Positions 41,472 through 52,682 are shown, numbered from the stretch's first letter. The stretch is 64,000 bases of DNA from an uncultured Candidatus Entotheonella sp. (GCA_965217185.1 OZ244252.1:320001-384000), one strand, 5' to 3'. The notes: a model not told the origin generated them from the sequence alone. Made by a program: numbers and translations.

Positions 41472-42845
41472 ATGAAGAACAAGATTAGTTGTACTCCTTC
41501 CATGATGACTTCTCCTGCTATAAGTGGACAAGGAGGCGGCCGACGCCGTTGCGGCGCTTTGGCCCGCAGGCTTTTCCGCACCGGTCGACCGCCGGGTGCG
41601 GCTGTCTTGTGGTTTTGTGTGCTTGCCTTGTCTGCTTCTATGTGGGGCACAGCGGGTGCCCAGGACGCGCCGCAGGGGCCGCCCCCGGCGCCGGTGACCA
41701 CGGCATTGGCCGAGGGTGGGGCGTTCAGCAAGCCGGTGCGCGTGACGGGCACGGTCGAGGCGCTGGCCAGCACGGTGCTTTCCAGTGAAGTCGATGGTTA
41801 TCTTGCCGAACTGCTGGTTGATGAGGGCGACACCGTGACCGCAGGGCAGGTACTGGCCCAGATTCGCGCCTTGCCGTACCGCTATGCTCTGGAGCAAGCC
41901 GAAGCACTGGCGCGGGTGGATCAGGAGCGCCTGCGGGAGTTGCGCCAGGGAACTCGTCAGGAAGACATCGCAATGGCCAAGGCGAATCTCGCCAAAGCCG
42001 AGGTGACGGCGGAAAAGGCGAACAAGCACTATGCCCGCAGCCAGTCGTTGCTGGGGAAGAAGATCATCAGCGACGAGGAATTAGACGAGGCGCAAGAACG
42101 CTGGGAGGAAGCCCAAGCCATCTTGGAGGTTGAGAGGGCGACCCATGAACGCGCCCTGGCCGGCGCGCGCGAAGAGGAGATAGGGGCTGCTGAGGCCCGC
42201 GCCGCCGCCAGTGAGGCGCAGGCTGCCGTGGCCAAGGACCTGCTCGATCGCGCCACGATTCGCGCCCCGTTCGATGGCGTGATCACCGCCAAGCATACGG
42301 AAGTCGGGTCGTGGGTTTCGATCGGTGACGGCGTCTTCGGTCTCGATACCACCAGCAAGGTGCGTGTGCGGGTGGACATCCCGGAGACGTATTACGGCCG
42401 GATTGTCATCGGCAGTGACATGTCGATCACCTTCGACGGCGTTCCCAATCAGACCTTTGTCGGCAAGGTGACGAAGAAAATTCCGCGCGCCAGCGGCAGG
42501 AGCCGGGCCTTCCCCATTTTGGTGAATCTGGATAACAGCGAGGGGCACTTGGCCTCCGGTATGCTGGCCCGTGTGATGCTGGAGACTCCGAACTCGGGTG
42601 AGAACAGCGTTATCGTGCCGCGCGACGCCTTGGTGCCGCGCGGGCTGAATCACATTCTGGTGCGCGTGCAGGATAAGGACGGGCAGCCGATTGCGGAGAT
42701 TTTGCCGGTGAGGCCGGGGCGCTATTTCGGCGAGGCGGTGGAAGTATTTGGCGATCTGCGGGCTGGCGACCGTGTCGTGGTGCGCGGCAATGAGCGGATA
42801 CGTCCGGGTCAGCCTCTCGTGCTGGATCGGTTTCTGACCAATTAG
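41472..42845 (+). CDS. RND periplasmic adaptor subunit
   Basis: V.EGD.V..GQ.L, IRAPFDG, VPRDAL; start uncertain. Confidence 0.9.
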   Translation: MKNKISCTPSMMTSPAISGQGGGRRRCGALARRLFRTGRPPGAAVLWFCVLALSASMWGTAGAQDAPQGPPPAPVTTALAEGGAFSKPVRVTGTVEALASTVLSSEVDGYLAELLVDEGDTVTAGQVLAQIRALPYRYALEQAEALARVDQERLRELRQGTRQEDIAMAKANLAKAEVTAEKANKHYARSQSLLGKKIISDEELDEAQERWEEAQAILEVERATHERALAGAREEEIGAAEARAAASEAQAAVAKDLLDRATIRAPFDGVITAKHTEVGSWVSIGDGVFGLDTTSKVRVRVDIPETYYGRIVIGSDMSITFDGVPNQTFVGKVTKKIPRASGRSRAFPILVNLDNSEGHLASGMLARVMLETPNSGENSVIVPRDALVPRGLNHILVRVQDKDGQPIAEILPVRPGRYFGEAVEVFGDLRAGDRVVVRGNERIRPGQPLVLDRFLTN

Positions 42846-42886
42846 AGGGTGCATGCGGCGGTTGAGCGCCGGGGAGTCGTTAAGCG

Positions 42887-45800
42887 ATGATTCGATATTT
42901 CATTCGGAATGGTGTTGCCGTCTCCGTGTTAAGCATGGCGTTGCTGCTGTTCGGCGTGCTGGCCCTGTTCAGTCTGCCGATCCAGCTCACCCCCGACGTT
43001 TCGGCACCGGTTCTCAGCGTTGTGACCTACTATCCCGGTGCGACCCCGGAGGACATCGAGCAGGACATCCTGATCGATCAGGAACAGTACCTGAAAAGTC
43101 TCCCTGGGCTGGAGAAGATGATCAGCACGGCCTCGATGGGGCAGGCGGAGGTCGAGCTGGAATTCGGGCTGGAGACGAATCAGCAGGAGAACATCGTCCG
43201 CATCAATAACGCCCTTGCGCAGGTGCCCGGCTATCCGGAGAACGTGGACGAGCCGACGATTCAGACGTCCCGCGCGTCCGAGCAGCCGGTGGCCTGGATC
43301 AGTGTGCGGACTCATCCGGATCACCCGGAATCGCTCGATGTGCAGGAGATGTTCGACTACGTGGAGGACCATGTTAAGCCGTATTTCGAGCGGCTGACGG
43401 GCATTTCCAGCGTGCGCGGCGTTTATGGCGGCACCGAACGCCAGATGCAGGTGCTGATCGATCCCACCAAGCTGGCGGACCGCGGCATTGCCATCTCCAA
43501 GGTGCGGGAGGCGATTCGGTCGCGCAATCGCGACGTGTCCGGCGGCGACCTGGACGAGGGCAAGCGACGCTTCAACGTTCGCACGGTCGGCCGTTATGAA
43601 TCCTCCGCCGATATTGAAAACACCATCATCGACATTCAGGACGGCACACCCGTCTACCTGCGCGATGTCGGCTACGCCCGCCTGGGATACGCCGAGAAGC
43701 GTACCCTCATCCGCCAGAATACCGAGCCCGCCCTGGCGTTTGGCCCGCAGCGTAAGCGGGGAACGAACCTGCTGGTCGTCATGGAGCAGGTGCAGGGGGC
43801 CATTCGTGAACTGAATGACGGCCCGTTGCGCGAGAAGGGTATCTACCTGACCCAGGTGACGGACAGTACCAGCTACGTCCGCGACGCGGTCGACATGGTG
43901 CGGTTCAACCTCCTTTTTGGCGGTATGTTGGCCCTTGGCATTCTGCTGATCTTCCTGCGTCACGCCCGTTCCACCCTGATCGTCGGCTTGGCGATTCCGC
44001 TGTGCGTCATCGGTGCCTTCTTCGTGATCAGCGTGTCCGGGCGCTCCATCAACGTCATCTCACTGGCCGGTCTCGCTTTTTCCATCGGTGCGGTCCTCGA
44101 CGCCTCGATCGTCGTTCTGGAAAACATCTACCGGCACCGCTCCATGGGCAAGTCGTCCTTCGACGCGGCCTACGACGGCACCAGCGAAGTGTGGACGGCC
44201 ATCCTGTCCTCGGCGTTGACGAACGTCGTGGTGTTCACGCCCATCATCACGCTGGCGGATGAAGCGGGGCAGATCTTCCGTGACCTCGCCATCGCCATTG
44301 TGGCGGCCAACATCCTGGCTCTGATCGTTTCCATCCTCATCATCCCGCCCCTCGCTGCCCGGCTGCTCACGCGCGTGCCGACGATGGACAGGCCGGGATT
44401 CATAGGGCAGCTCCAGCGCCTGTTCGGGCTGGCACCGCTGGCGGCGAGAATCCACGACGGCCCCTTACGTTCCGCGCTCACCTGGCTGATGGGCGGCGTC
44501 ATCCGGCGCATCTTCGTCACAGCGGCGGTCCTGGCCGTTGCGGTGGCGTGCATCGTGGTTTTCATGCCCAAGACGGAATACCTGCCGGAAGGCAATCGGC
44601 AGACCATTATCGGCGTCCTGATCCCGCCGCAGGGTTACGGCATGCCCGAAATCACGGCGATTGGGCAGGAACTGGAGAAGCGGGTGAAGCCGATGCTGGA
44701 TGCCTCCATAGCCGATTTCGAGGAAGGTCGAGTGGAGGTGCCGCCGCTGAAATACTTCTTCTTCGCGGCATTCCGCAATCGCATGTTCCTGTTCACCCGC
44801 CCGAAGAGCCGGGACCACCTGTCCGCCGTGCCGCCTGCTCTGCAGCGTCTCATGAGCGACGTGCCGGGCACGATCGCCTTCGCTCTGAAAATGTCCATTT
44901 TCAGCCGCGACATCATGGGCTCGCGGGCAATCAACGTCGATGTCATCGGGCCCGACGTAAAGGTCCTGACGAACATTGCGCAGGCGTCCTTCTTCAAGGT
45001 CCTGGAGACGATGCCCGGGGCACGACCCGAACCCAAGCCGGGCATTGAGATCGGCCAGCCGCAGGTCATCATACGGCCCGACTGGGAGCGTGCCGCACAG
45101 CTCGGGATCGACGTGCAGGACATCGGTTACAGCACCTGGGTGCTGGGCGATGGTGCTTACGTGGACGACTATTACCAAGACGGCGACAAGATGGACCTGT
45201 ACCTCTATTCCACTATGGGCGCCTACGACACCCTGGGGAATTTTGAGACCATGCGCATTGCGACGCGATCAGGCGATACGGTGCCCCTGTCTGATGTCGC
45301 CAGCATTAATTTTACCTACGGCCTGGAACGCATTCGTCGCGTGGATAACCAGCGCGCGGTGACCCTGCGGATTACCCCGCCGGGCAGTATCTCGCTGGAA
45401 GAGGCGATTGAAGTCGTGCAAAACAACATTATCGGCGCCATGCAATCGGAGGGCTTGGTGCCGCCGGGATACACCATGCAGATCAGCGGCACCAGCGACA
45501 AGCTGGCGGCCATCCGCGCCAAGCTCAGCACCGATTTCCTGCTGGCGCTGATGTTGACGTATCTCACGATGGTTCTGGTATTCCGCCACTGGGGTTACCC
45601 GCTTACCGTGATGCTGTCCGTTCCCATCGGTTTGACGGGGGGCGTGCTGGGTCTCTGGGTGCTCAACCGCTATCTGGACATCGTCAGCCCGGGCACGATT
45701 CAATCCCTGGACGTTCTGACCATGCTCGGCTTCGTGATTCTGCTGGGCAGCGTCATCAACAATCCCATTCTGATCGTTCAGCAGGCGGTCAACTTCATGC

Positions 45801-46111
45801 GGCAGGGTCTGGATCCCCATCAGGCGATTGTGGAGTCGACGCTCACCCGCATACGACCGATCATGATGACGACGGGAACCACCATTTTCGGCCTGATGCC
45901 GCTGGTGCTGAATCCCGGTGCCGGCAGCGAGTTGTACCGCGGGCTCGGCATAGTCATGTTCGGCGGCCTCATTCTGGGCACCGCCACGACCATCGTTTTC
46001 ATCCCGGCTGTCATGTCGCTCATGTTTGACTTTGTCGGGCTGCTGCGGCGACAGAGCAACCTCGCTGCTGCTGCCGTGACGCCGCTCGCCAGCGAAGCCG
46101 GTAGCGACTAG
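42887..46111 (+). CDS. RND efflux permease
   Basis: YPGA.P, LDASIVVLENI, RIRPIMMT; 1074 aa. Confidence 0.95.
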   Translation: MIRYFIRNGVAVSVLSMALLLFGVLALFSLPIQLTPDVSAPVLSVVTYYPGATPEDIEQDILIDQEQYLKSLPGLEKMISTASMGQAEVELEFGLETNQQENIVRINNALAQVPGYPENVDEPTIQTSRASEQPVAWISVRTHPDHPESLDVQEMFDYVEDHVKPYFERLTGISSVRGVYGGTERQMQVLIDPTKLADRGIAISKVREAIRSRNRDVSGGDLDEGKRRFNVRTVGRYESSADIENTIIDIQDGTPVYLRDVGYARLGYAEKRTLIRQNTEPALAFGPQRKRGTNLLVVMEQVQGAIRELNDGPLREKGIYLTQVTDSTSYVRDAVDMVRFNLLFGGMLALGILLIFLRHARSTLIVGLAIPLCVIGAFFVISVSGRSINVISLAGLAFSIGAVLDASIVVLENIYRHRSMGKSSFDAAYDGTSEVWTAILSSALTNVVVFTPIITLADEAGQIFRDLAIAIVAANILALIVSILIIPPLAARLLTRVPTMDRPGFIGQLQRLFGLAPLAARIHDGPLRSALTWLMGGVIRRIFVTAAVLAVAVACIVVFMPKTEYLPEGNRQTIIGVLIPPQGYGMPEITAIGQELEKRVKPMLDASIADFEEGRVEVPPLKYFFFAAFRNRMFLFTRPKSRDHLSAVPPALQRLMSDVPGTIAFALKMSIFSRDIMGSRAINVDVIGPDVKVLTNIAQASFFKVLETMPGARPEPKPGIEIGQPQVIIRPDWERAAQLGIDVQDIGYSTWVLGDGAYVDDYYQDGDKMDLYLYSTMGAYDTLGNFETMRIATRSGDTVPLSDVASINFTYGLERIRRVDNQRAVTLRITPPGSISLEEAIEVVQNNIIGAMQSEGLVPPGYTMQISGTSDKLAAIRAKLSTDFLLALMLTYLTMVLVFRHWGYPLTVMLSVPIGLTGGVLGLWVLNRYLDIVSPGTIQSLDVLTMLGFVILLGSVINNPILIVQQAVNFMRQGLDPHQAIVESTLTRIRPIMMTTGTTIFGLMPLVLNPGAGSELYRGLGIVMFGGLILGTATTIVFIPAVMSLMFDFVGLLRRQSNLAAAAVTPLASEAGSD

Positions 46112-46186
46112 GAGGAGGTATAGCGGACGCCCTATCGCCGTCCGGTTTGAGTTTTCGGTCACAACGAAATGAAAGGGGAGTCGGAT

Positions 46187-47128
46187 ATGATACTCGGCAG
46201 TGGTGACTTACGCTTCGAACCGGTGGTCGATTGGGAAAAGCTGCCGGAGGGTTGGTCGTTCGTCGACGTCGCCGGTGTGGCGGTCGATTCCCACGACAAC
46301 GTGTACGTCCTGAACCGCAGCGAGCACCCCGTCATCGTTTTCGACCGCGACGGGAATTTCCTGCGCTCTTGGGGCGAGGGTGCTTTCAGCGACCGTACGC
46401 ACGGTATTTACATCGCGCCCGATGACAGCGTCTATTGCGTAGATGACGGCCTGCACACGGTCCGCAAGTTCACTCCCGAAGGCAAGCTGCTCCTCACCCT
46501 CGGCACGGAAAGCCAGCCGGCCCCCAAATGGGCCGGCAAGCCCTTCAACCGCCCGACGCACGTGGCGGCCTCGCCAATTACGGGCAACCTCTATGTCTCC
46601 GACGGTTACGGCAACTCCCGCGTGCACATCTTCACGCCCGACGGGCGGCCCGTGCATTCCTGGGGCGAGCCCGGCATTGATCCCGGACAGTTCATCCGCC
46701 CGCACAACGTGGCCATCGACAAGGATGATCAGGTGTACGTTGCCGACCGCGAGAACCACCGTATTCAGGTCTTCGACGCCAAGGGCAATTACCTCACCAT
46801 GTGGAACAACATCCACCGTCCCGACGGCATCTGCCTCGACAACGAAGGTCATCTGTATATCGGTGAGTTGAACGGTATGGCCGGCGTCGATGACGCGCCC
46901 GGCTTGGGACACCGGGTGAGCATCTACAACCTGAATGGCGAGTTGCAGACACGTTTTGGCGACCCCGAGGAGGGGGAGGGGCCGGGCCAATTCATCGCAC
47001 CGCATGGGGTGGGCGTCGACTCACGCGGCGACGTCTATGTCGGCGACGTGGCCTACACCATTCGCGGGCGACACCTCGAGCCGCCGCGGGAATTGAAATG
47101 TCTGCGGAAGTTCAGCCGGCAACGATAG
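46187..47128 (+). CDS. NHL-repeat, peptidyl-hydroxyglycine lyase-like beta-propeller
   Basis: FNRPT, YVSDGYGNSRV, YVADRENHRIQVF. Confidence 0.88.
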   Translation: MILGSGDLRFEPVVDWEKLPEGWSFVDVAGVAVDSHDNVYVLNRSEHPVIVFDRDGNFLRSWGEGAFSDRTHGIYIAPDDSVYCVDDGLHTVRKFTPEGKLLLTLGTESQPAPKWAGKPFNRPTHVAASPITGNLYVSDGYGNSRVHIFTPDGRPVHSWGEPGIDPGQFIRPHNVAIDKDDQVYVADRENHRIQVFDAKGNYLTMWNNIHRPDGICLDNEGHLYIGELNGMAGVDDAPGLGHRVSIYNLNGELQTRFGDPEEGEGPGQFIAPHGVGVDSRGDVYVGDVAYTIRGRHLEPPRELKCLRKFSRQR

Positions 47129-47265
47129 GCAGGCCGGTGTTCATCTGGTGTATAGCCCAATGGACAAACGGCGCCTGAAAATGTTCTGAACAAGTCGCTA
47201 GGGTCATGCAACCGCCGAGCGGCACTGTGACTTTGATATCAATACGCCCTGATTGGGGGAGAGTC

Positions 47266-47814
47266 ATGTCAGGTACGTTGTCGACGGCAACGTTTGGAAC
47301 CGGGTGTTTCTGGTGCACGGAGGCGGTGTTCCTGGAGGTTAAGGGCGTGCATCGCGTGGTGTCCGGCTATGCCGGCGGCCACACGAAAAATCCGACCTAT
47401 CAGCAAATCTGCACGGGCACGACCGGCCATGCGGAGGTCATCCAGATCACCTTCGATCCCGCCGTCATTGCCTTCGAGGACCTGCTCGAGGTGTTTTGGC
47501 GCACCCACGATCCCACCACGCTGAACCGACAAGGGGCTGACGTCGGCACGCAGTACCGGTCGGTGATCTTCTATCACGACGAAGAGCAGCGGATGAGCGC
47601 CGAAAAATCGAAGCAGGAGACGGACGCTTCCGGGTTGTGGAAAGATCAGATCGTTACCGAAATCACGCCTTTCGACACGTTCTACACCGCCGAGGGCTAC
47701 CATCAGGAATTCTACCAGCGCAACCCGCACCAGCCGTATTGCTTCGTGATCATCGACCCCAAAATGAAGAAGTTTCGCAAGGACATGCCGGACATGCTCA
47801 AGACCGCGAAGTAA
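47266..47814 (+). CDS. msrA: Peptide-methionine (S)-S-oxide reductase
   Basis: GCFWC, TGHAE, HDPT..RQG.D.G.QYRS, AE.YHQ. Confidence 0.95.
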   Translation: MSGTLSTATFGTGCFWCTEAVFLEVKGVHRVVSGYAGGHTKNPTYQQICTGTTGHAEVIQITFDPAVIAFEDLLEVFWRTHDPTTLNRQGADVGTQYRSVIFYHDEEQRMSAEKSKQETDASGLWKDQIVTEITPFDTFYTAEGYHQEFYQRNPHQPYCFVIIDPKMKKFRKDMPDMLKTAK

Positions 47815-47824
47815 TCCCGCCGTC

Positions 47825-48766
47825 TTAGCCCTGCTCCCCGCGCTCCTTTTGCAAGACCTCTTGAAGCACATCCTGCGGCACACGCACCTCAACCCCTGCA
47901 CGTTCTTCCTGCAACAGCATGGCCGCACGCGAATCCCGTTGCCCCCAACCCTTGTTCAGAGCTTCGGTGAGTTCCGCCAGCGTCAGGTTGGCGAGACGCA
48001 TGGGCACATCGAATTCGCGGCCGACCTCCACGGCCAGCGATACGTCCTTGCGGGCCAGTCGGAGGGCAAAATCGGGCGGGTCGAACCGGCCCGGCAGGTA
48101 GTTTTGCGCCAAGCCGTCGAAGGTCTGCCGCCGACCGAGGGCGCCTTGGCGGACCGCCTGCCATAGCGCCAACGGCTCGACGCCCGCCTTGACGCCCATG
48201 GTGAAGGTCTCGGCGAGCGCCGTTTGCAGGATGTAGCCGGTGCAGTTGTGCACCAGCTTGGCGACGGACCCCGTGCCGATGGCGCCGACGTAGAACGCTT
48301 GGTCGCCGATGGCGTCAAGAACGGGCTTGCAGCGCTCGAAAACGGTCTTGTCGCCGCCGACCCAGATGGCCAGCCTGCCGCTGCGGGCGCCCTGCGGCCC
48401 GCCGCTGACCGGGGCGTCCAGCAGGTGCGCACCGCAGGCCGCGAAGGCGTCGTGGATGTGGCGGACCAGCGTCGGTGAATTGGTGCTCAGGTCGAAGTAA
48501 ACCTTGCCGGGGCTGATGCCTGACAGAATGCCGTGCTCGCCAAGGGCGACGGCTTCCACCTCCGGCGGCCCCGGCAGGGAGGTGAACAGGATGTCACTGG
48601 CCTCGGCCACTTCCTGCGCGCTATCGGCCCACACGGCGCCGGCTTCCAGGTGCGGCCCGGCGGCGTCTCGGTTGACGTCATTTACGGTGAGATGGTGACC
48701 GGCCTTGATAACGTTGAGGGCCATGCTCGACCCCATGGTTCCCAGGCCGATGAATCCGAGTTCCAT
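47825..48766 (-). CDS. 3-hydroxyisobutyrate dehydrogenase-family oxidoreductase
   Basis: GFIGLGTMG, DAPVSGG, AKLVHN. Confidence 0.9.
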   Translation of the reverse strand: MELGFIGLGTMGSSMALNVIKAGHHLTVNDVNRDAAGPHLEAGAVWADSAQEVAEASDILFTSLPGPPEVEAVALGEHGILSGISPGKVYFDLSTNSPTLVRHIHDAFAACGAHLLDAPVSGGPQGARSGRLAIWVGGDKTVFERCKPVLDAIGDQAFYVGAIGTGSVAKLVHNCTGYILQTALAETFTMGVKAGVEPLALWQAVRQGALGRRQTFDGLAQNYLPGRFDPPDFALRLARKDVSLAVEVGREFDVPMRLANLTLAELTEALNKGWGQRDSRAAMLLQEERAGVEVRVPQDVLQEVLQKERGEQG

Positions 48767-48799
48767 GCCGTGCTCCTTCCTCCAAGTTGGCGTCCGTGT

Positions 48800-49474
48800 T
48801 TACCGTTCACGCAGTTTTTCCAGGGAGAAGTCGTCGCTGTTGATCCAGTCCCGGTAGGCGGCTTCGGCGTCCAGCACCTTACGCGACTCGGCGATGACGT
48901 CGCGGGCGATTTTCAGTGGGATGGTGACCACGCCGTTGGCATCGGCGTGGATCAGGTCGCCGGGCTGCACCCGCACGCGGCTCACTTCAACGGGCACCTG
49001 GGCTTCGAGAAATCCGAAGTTGCCGTGTGCCGGCACCATGCCCGGCGCGAAGTAGTGGAAACCCATCTCTCGCACGGTGTCCACGTCGCGCACCCCGCCG
49101 TCCGTGACCAGGCCGATAGCGCCCAGCCGTTGCGTCACCGTCGTCAGGCCGTCGCCGAAATGACAGCCGTGGAGTGGCTTGGGGCCCACGTCCTTCAGCA
49201 CCAGCACCACGGGCTTCGGCGAGTTGTGGATCGCCTCGAAGCATTTCAGGCGCGCTTCCTTGTCGTGCACCCGCCCGTGCGTGGTGGTGTCGAGCGTTGC
49301 GGTTACGGCGTATCCGACCATGACGCCGAGTTCGGGGAACATGCACCGAATGTCCCAGCCCATGAAGCCGTCGGTGTCGCTGCGCACCTTGAAGGGCTCA
49401 ATGGCGTTGGCTATAGTAGGCGTGTCGATTTGCCGTAAGGCGTTCAATTCGCTATCGGTCAGCGCATTCTGCAC
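48800..49474 (-). CDS. RraA/HMG-aldolase family protein
   Basis: TPTIANA, VTDGGVRD, PGDLIHADANGV. Confidence 0.85.
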   Translation of the reverse strand: MQNALTDSELNALRQIDTPTIANAIEPFKVRSDTDGFMGWDIRCMFPELGVMVGYAVTATLDTTTHGRVHDKEARLKCFEAIHNSPKPVVLVLKDVGPKPLHGCHFGDGLTTVTQRLGAIGLVTDGGVRDVDTVREMGFHYFAPGMVPAHGNFGFLEAQVPVEVSRVRVQPGDLIHADANGVVTIPLKIARDVIAESRKVLDAEAAYRDWINSDDFSLEKLRER

Positions 49475-49555
49475 GTCATCTTCTCCTTGGTGTCGGGTAT
49501 GGTCACACAGTTTCAATCGGCTGCATAAATCCTATACGGAAAGGTAGTGGACAGT

Positions 49556-50467
49556 ATGGCAACAACGGTGCTTATGACCGGCGCAACAGGGTACATTGCC
49601 AACCAGCTTTTACCCACCTTCGCCGAGACGTACAAGATGGTGCTGGTGGACGTGAAGGAAGAGAATCGGGCGGGGGAACGCGTCGAGGGTGTCGTGCTGG
49701 CCGACCTGATCGACACGGATCGCAGCAAGTACGCGCATCTGTTCGAGGGTGTGGACGCGGTGGTGCACCTGGGCTACACGCGCCGGACGGGCGACCCGCT
49801 GGACCATTTCTACGACGAGAACCGCAACGTCGTTATGGCCTATAACGTGCTGCGCTGCGCCTACGAAGCCGGCACCTCACGCGTCGTTATCGCCAGCTCC
49901 AACCACGCCGCCGACTGGTACGAGCACAACCTCATTCACGCCGGCAAGATGGACGTGCTCGACCCCTTTCTCCTGCCCTTGTCGGACAACTTCTACGGCT
50001 GGGCCAAGGCGACTTACGAACATATGGGCTTCCTGTTTGCCTGCGGTTTCGGCGATTTCGTCGACGCCAGCGGTCGTCAGCAGCACACCCGGCCCATTAC
50101 CACTCAGAGCAAGATGGGCGTCGTCATGGTGCGCATCGGCGCGCCGCGTGAGTTGGACCCGAGCCTGTACCAGGGCGACCCGGCCAATTACAAGCGCGAC
50201 CTCGGCGCCTACATCAGCCCCCGCGATCTCACCCAACTCATCGCCAAGGCCGTGGAAGCGCCCAACATCGAGAACGAACACGGCATTCCCTGGCAGGTCG
50301 TCTACGGCATCAGCAACAACACTCGCGCCTTCTGGTCGCTGACCAGCGCCCGCCGCGTGCTGGGCTACGAGCCGCAGGACGATTCGGAGGTCAAGTTCGC
50401 CAAGGACATCCAGCGGCTCCTGCACGACGCCGGCGCGCCGGGCGGCAAGGTTGGCCCGCCTGCCTAA
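49556..50467 (+). CDS. NAD-dependent epimerase/dehydratase (uronate dehydrogenase-like)
   Basis: TGATGYIA, ASSNH, YGWAK, YGISNN. Confidence 0.82.
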   Translation: MATTVLMTGATGYIANQLLPTFAETYKMVLVDVKEENRAGERVEGVVLADLIDTDRSKYAHLFEGVDAVVHLGYTRRTGDPLDHFYDENRNVVMAYNVLRCAYEAGTSRVVIASSNHAADWYEHNLIHAGKMDVLDPFLLPLSDNFYGWAKATYEHMGFLFACGFGDFVDASGRQQHTRPITTQSKMGVVMVRIGAPRELDPSLYQGDPANYKRDLGAYISPRDLTQLIAKAVEAPNIENEHGIPWQVVYGISNNTRAFWSLTSARRVLGYEPQDDSEVKFAKDIQRLLHDAGAPGGKVGPPA

Positions 50468-50473
50468 TCAGCT

Positions 50474-51340
50474 TCACGCCTTTGCCCACAGGCGCCGCAG
50501 GTACGCGGCGTCTTCCCGTGCCCACGCCTCCAGGTTCGGCGGCGTCTCATCAGCGTAGCCGACCTGCCGGATGATGGACTCGTCGAAGCCGTACTCGGTG
50601 TGCACCGAAAATGGGCCGTCGTAGCCCAGAATCTTCAACGCCCCCAGCGCCCGGCGCCAGTTGACCGCGCCGCTGCCGAGCTTGACGAAGCGCGGCAGAA
50701 ACGGCGGCTCGCTCCCTTCAGGCTGCGGGGCGTGAAAGGCGTCTTTAATGCCGATGATCGACAGGTAATTCCGCACCATCGCCAGCCCCATGTCGTAATC
50801 CTCACCGTCCAGAATCATGTGCCCCAGGTCCGGGTAAGCGCCGATCCACCGCGCGTCCAAATCGCGCAGCAAGTGCATCATGCCGGCGCAGTTGGAACCC
50901 AGCACTGGGCCGCTGTGGAGTTGGTAAACGGTCTGCACGCCGTGTTTCCGGCCGATCTCCGCGAACCGTTCCAGATTTCGACGCCCGGCGTCCACCAAGG
51001 CCCAGTAGTCGTCCCCTGGCTTGAAGGGAAAGAACCCGAGCTTCACGCGGGGAACCCCGGCAGCCGCGCAACCGGCGTACAGCGGTTCGACGTCCGGGGC
51101 ATCGGGATCGATCCAGGAGATGGGGGTGGTTGCCAGCGGACAGATGAGGCCCTGTTCCCGCCAGATGCGAACGGCCTGCGGCAGCGCCGTTTCGGCGTTG
51201 TCGGGATTGACTGGGTGGCCGGGACGCACGTTGACGTCAACACCGTCGAAGCCCAGCGCGCGCACCTTGTCGCCGAGGTCCGGGACGCTCAGGGCATGGA
51301 AGAATTTGGAGTTGAGCACGATCTCCATGGGCTCTTTCAT
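50474..51340 (-). CDS. Xylose isomerase-like TIM-barrel protein
   Basis: GFDGVD..RPGH, DLGH, IKD, G.G.VNW, HTEY. Confidence 0.82.
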   Translation of the reverse strand: MKEPMEIVLNSKFFHALSVPDLGDKVRALGFDGVDVNVRPGHPVNPDNAETALPQAVRIWREQGLICPLATTPISWIDPDAPDVEPLYAGCAAAGVPRVKLGFFPFKPGDDYWALVDAGRRNLERFAEIGRKHGVQTVYQLHSGPVLGSNCAGMMHLLRDLDARWIGAYPDLGHMILDGEDYDMGLAMVRNYLSIIGIKDAFHAPQPEGSEPPFLPRFVKLGSGAVNWRRALGALKILGYDGPFSVHTEYGFDESIIRQVGYADETPPNLEAWAREDAAYLRRLWAKA

Positions 51341-51356
51341 CACGCAACGTGGCGCG

Positions 51357-52682
51357 TTACGAGCCGCCGCCGGCCGCGTGCAGCGCCGTCGGAAGCGAAT
51401 CGGCCAATTCGCCCTGTTCATCGAACGGCCAGAGCTCCGGCTCGCCAAGAATGTCGAAGCGATCGTCATGGCGCAAGGCGTCGGCCAGCACCTCCGACAC
51501 CTCGAAGTGCGTGACCGCCAGGGTGTTGCGTACGCGCACGACGCGGCAATCCAGCGGCTCCACCCGCGGCACGGACTTGATGGCCAGGGCCACGGCTTCC
51601 TGAGCGGTGTTCATGATGAGGGGGATGGCGCCGCCGTCCAGATAGGCGGAGGCGATGATGTTGGCGTAGAAGGCGCTGAAGTCGATCTTGCGAAAGAGCT
51701 TCATGGTGATCACGTCGGCCAGCGAAATGCCCGCCGCGTTGCCGTGCGAGGCGTCCGTCAGGTCCAGAACGACGATGCGCTTGACGCGCGGCGTGTCGAA
51801 TCCCTCGATGCCCCGATTGTTGCGGCCCGTGACGTTGGGATCGAAGCCCGCGCCGCTGACGTTCTTGCCCATTTCTTCGATGACCAGCACGTCGATGTCG
51901 TCAATGGCGAGGCGGCCCATGGATTGCTTCGCCAGCGCCTGCAGGGTGGCCTCGCGCTCCAGCAGGCGTTCGGCGGCGATGGCTTCGACGAGCATAGTGT
52001 CGTCGTGGGCGTTCTCCACAATGCCGACGCCGAATCGGAAGGGCGCCTCGCGCATGATGAGACGGGCGGCGGCGGGCAGCACCTCGGGAAAGTGGTCCAT
52101 GCCCTGGCTGTGCAGCGTGGTGGCGCCGCGAATTTTCCCCATGCCGATGGTCATCATCTTGACGATGCCGCTCTCGATGTCGCCGCGGAAACTGGTGTGG
52201 GGCTTGATGCGATTGACCAGCACGATGCCGTCGGCTTCCGCCGCATAAGCGTCGGCGTGGACCGGCAGGCCGCTTTCGAGTTGCCCTAACACCTTGGTGT
52301 CCATGGTGGCGCGGATGGGGGCGCCCACCGCCGCCTCGGTCAGACCGTAGTCTTCCAGCACTTGTCGCTGGCCCTCGGCGTTACTGGCGCCGTGGCTGCC
52401 CATGGCCGGAAATAGGAAGGGGTCGCCGCCGAGCGATTTGATGCCGTCCACGACAGCCTTGACGACGGCCTGGATGTTGGCGATGCCGCGGCTGCTGCAG
52501 CCGATGGCGATACGCTCGCCCGGCTTGATCTTGGCCGCGATCTCGGGCTTCTTGAATTGCTCGGCGACGGTCTCGGGAATGTTGTCTACGCGCGTGGTCT
52601 GGGCCTTCTGCCGTACCGGCACCATGCGGGGCAGGGGGATATCCAGACCGCCGGCGATATTGACGTCGATGTGATCGATCAT
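51357..52682 (-). CDS. Lactate-racemase (LarA)-domain-like protein
   Basis: SRGI, PAMGSHG, NRIKPHT, ESG..KM..IG.GK, GKN.SG.G.D.N. Confidence 0.75.
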   Translation of the reverse strand: MIDHIDVNIAGGLDIPLPRMVPVRQKAQTTRVDNIPETVAEQFKKPEIAAKIKPGERIAIGCSSRGIANIQAVVKAVVDGIKSLGGDPFLFPAMGSHGASNAEGQRQVLEDYGLTEAAVGAPIRATMDTKVLGQLESGLPVHADAYAAEADGIVLVNRIKPHTSFRGDIESGIVKMMTIGMGKIRGATTLHSQGMDHFPEVLPAAARLIMREAPFRFGVGIVENAHDDTMLVEAIAAERLLEREATLQALAKQSMGRLAIDDIDVLVIEEMGKNVSGAGFDPNVTGRNNRGIEGFDTPRVKRIVVLDLTDASHGNAAGISLADVITMKLFRKIDFSAFYANIIASAYLDGGAIPLIMNTAQEAVALAIKSVPRVEPLDCRVVRVRNTLAVTHFEVSEVLADALRHDDRFDILGEPELWPFDEQGELADSLPTALHAAGGGS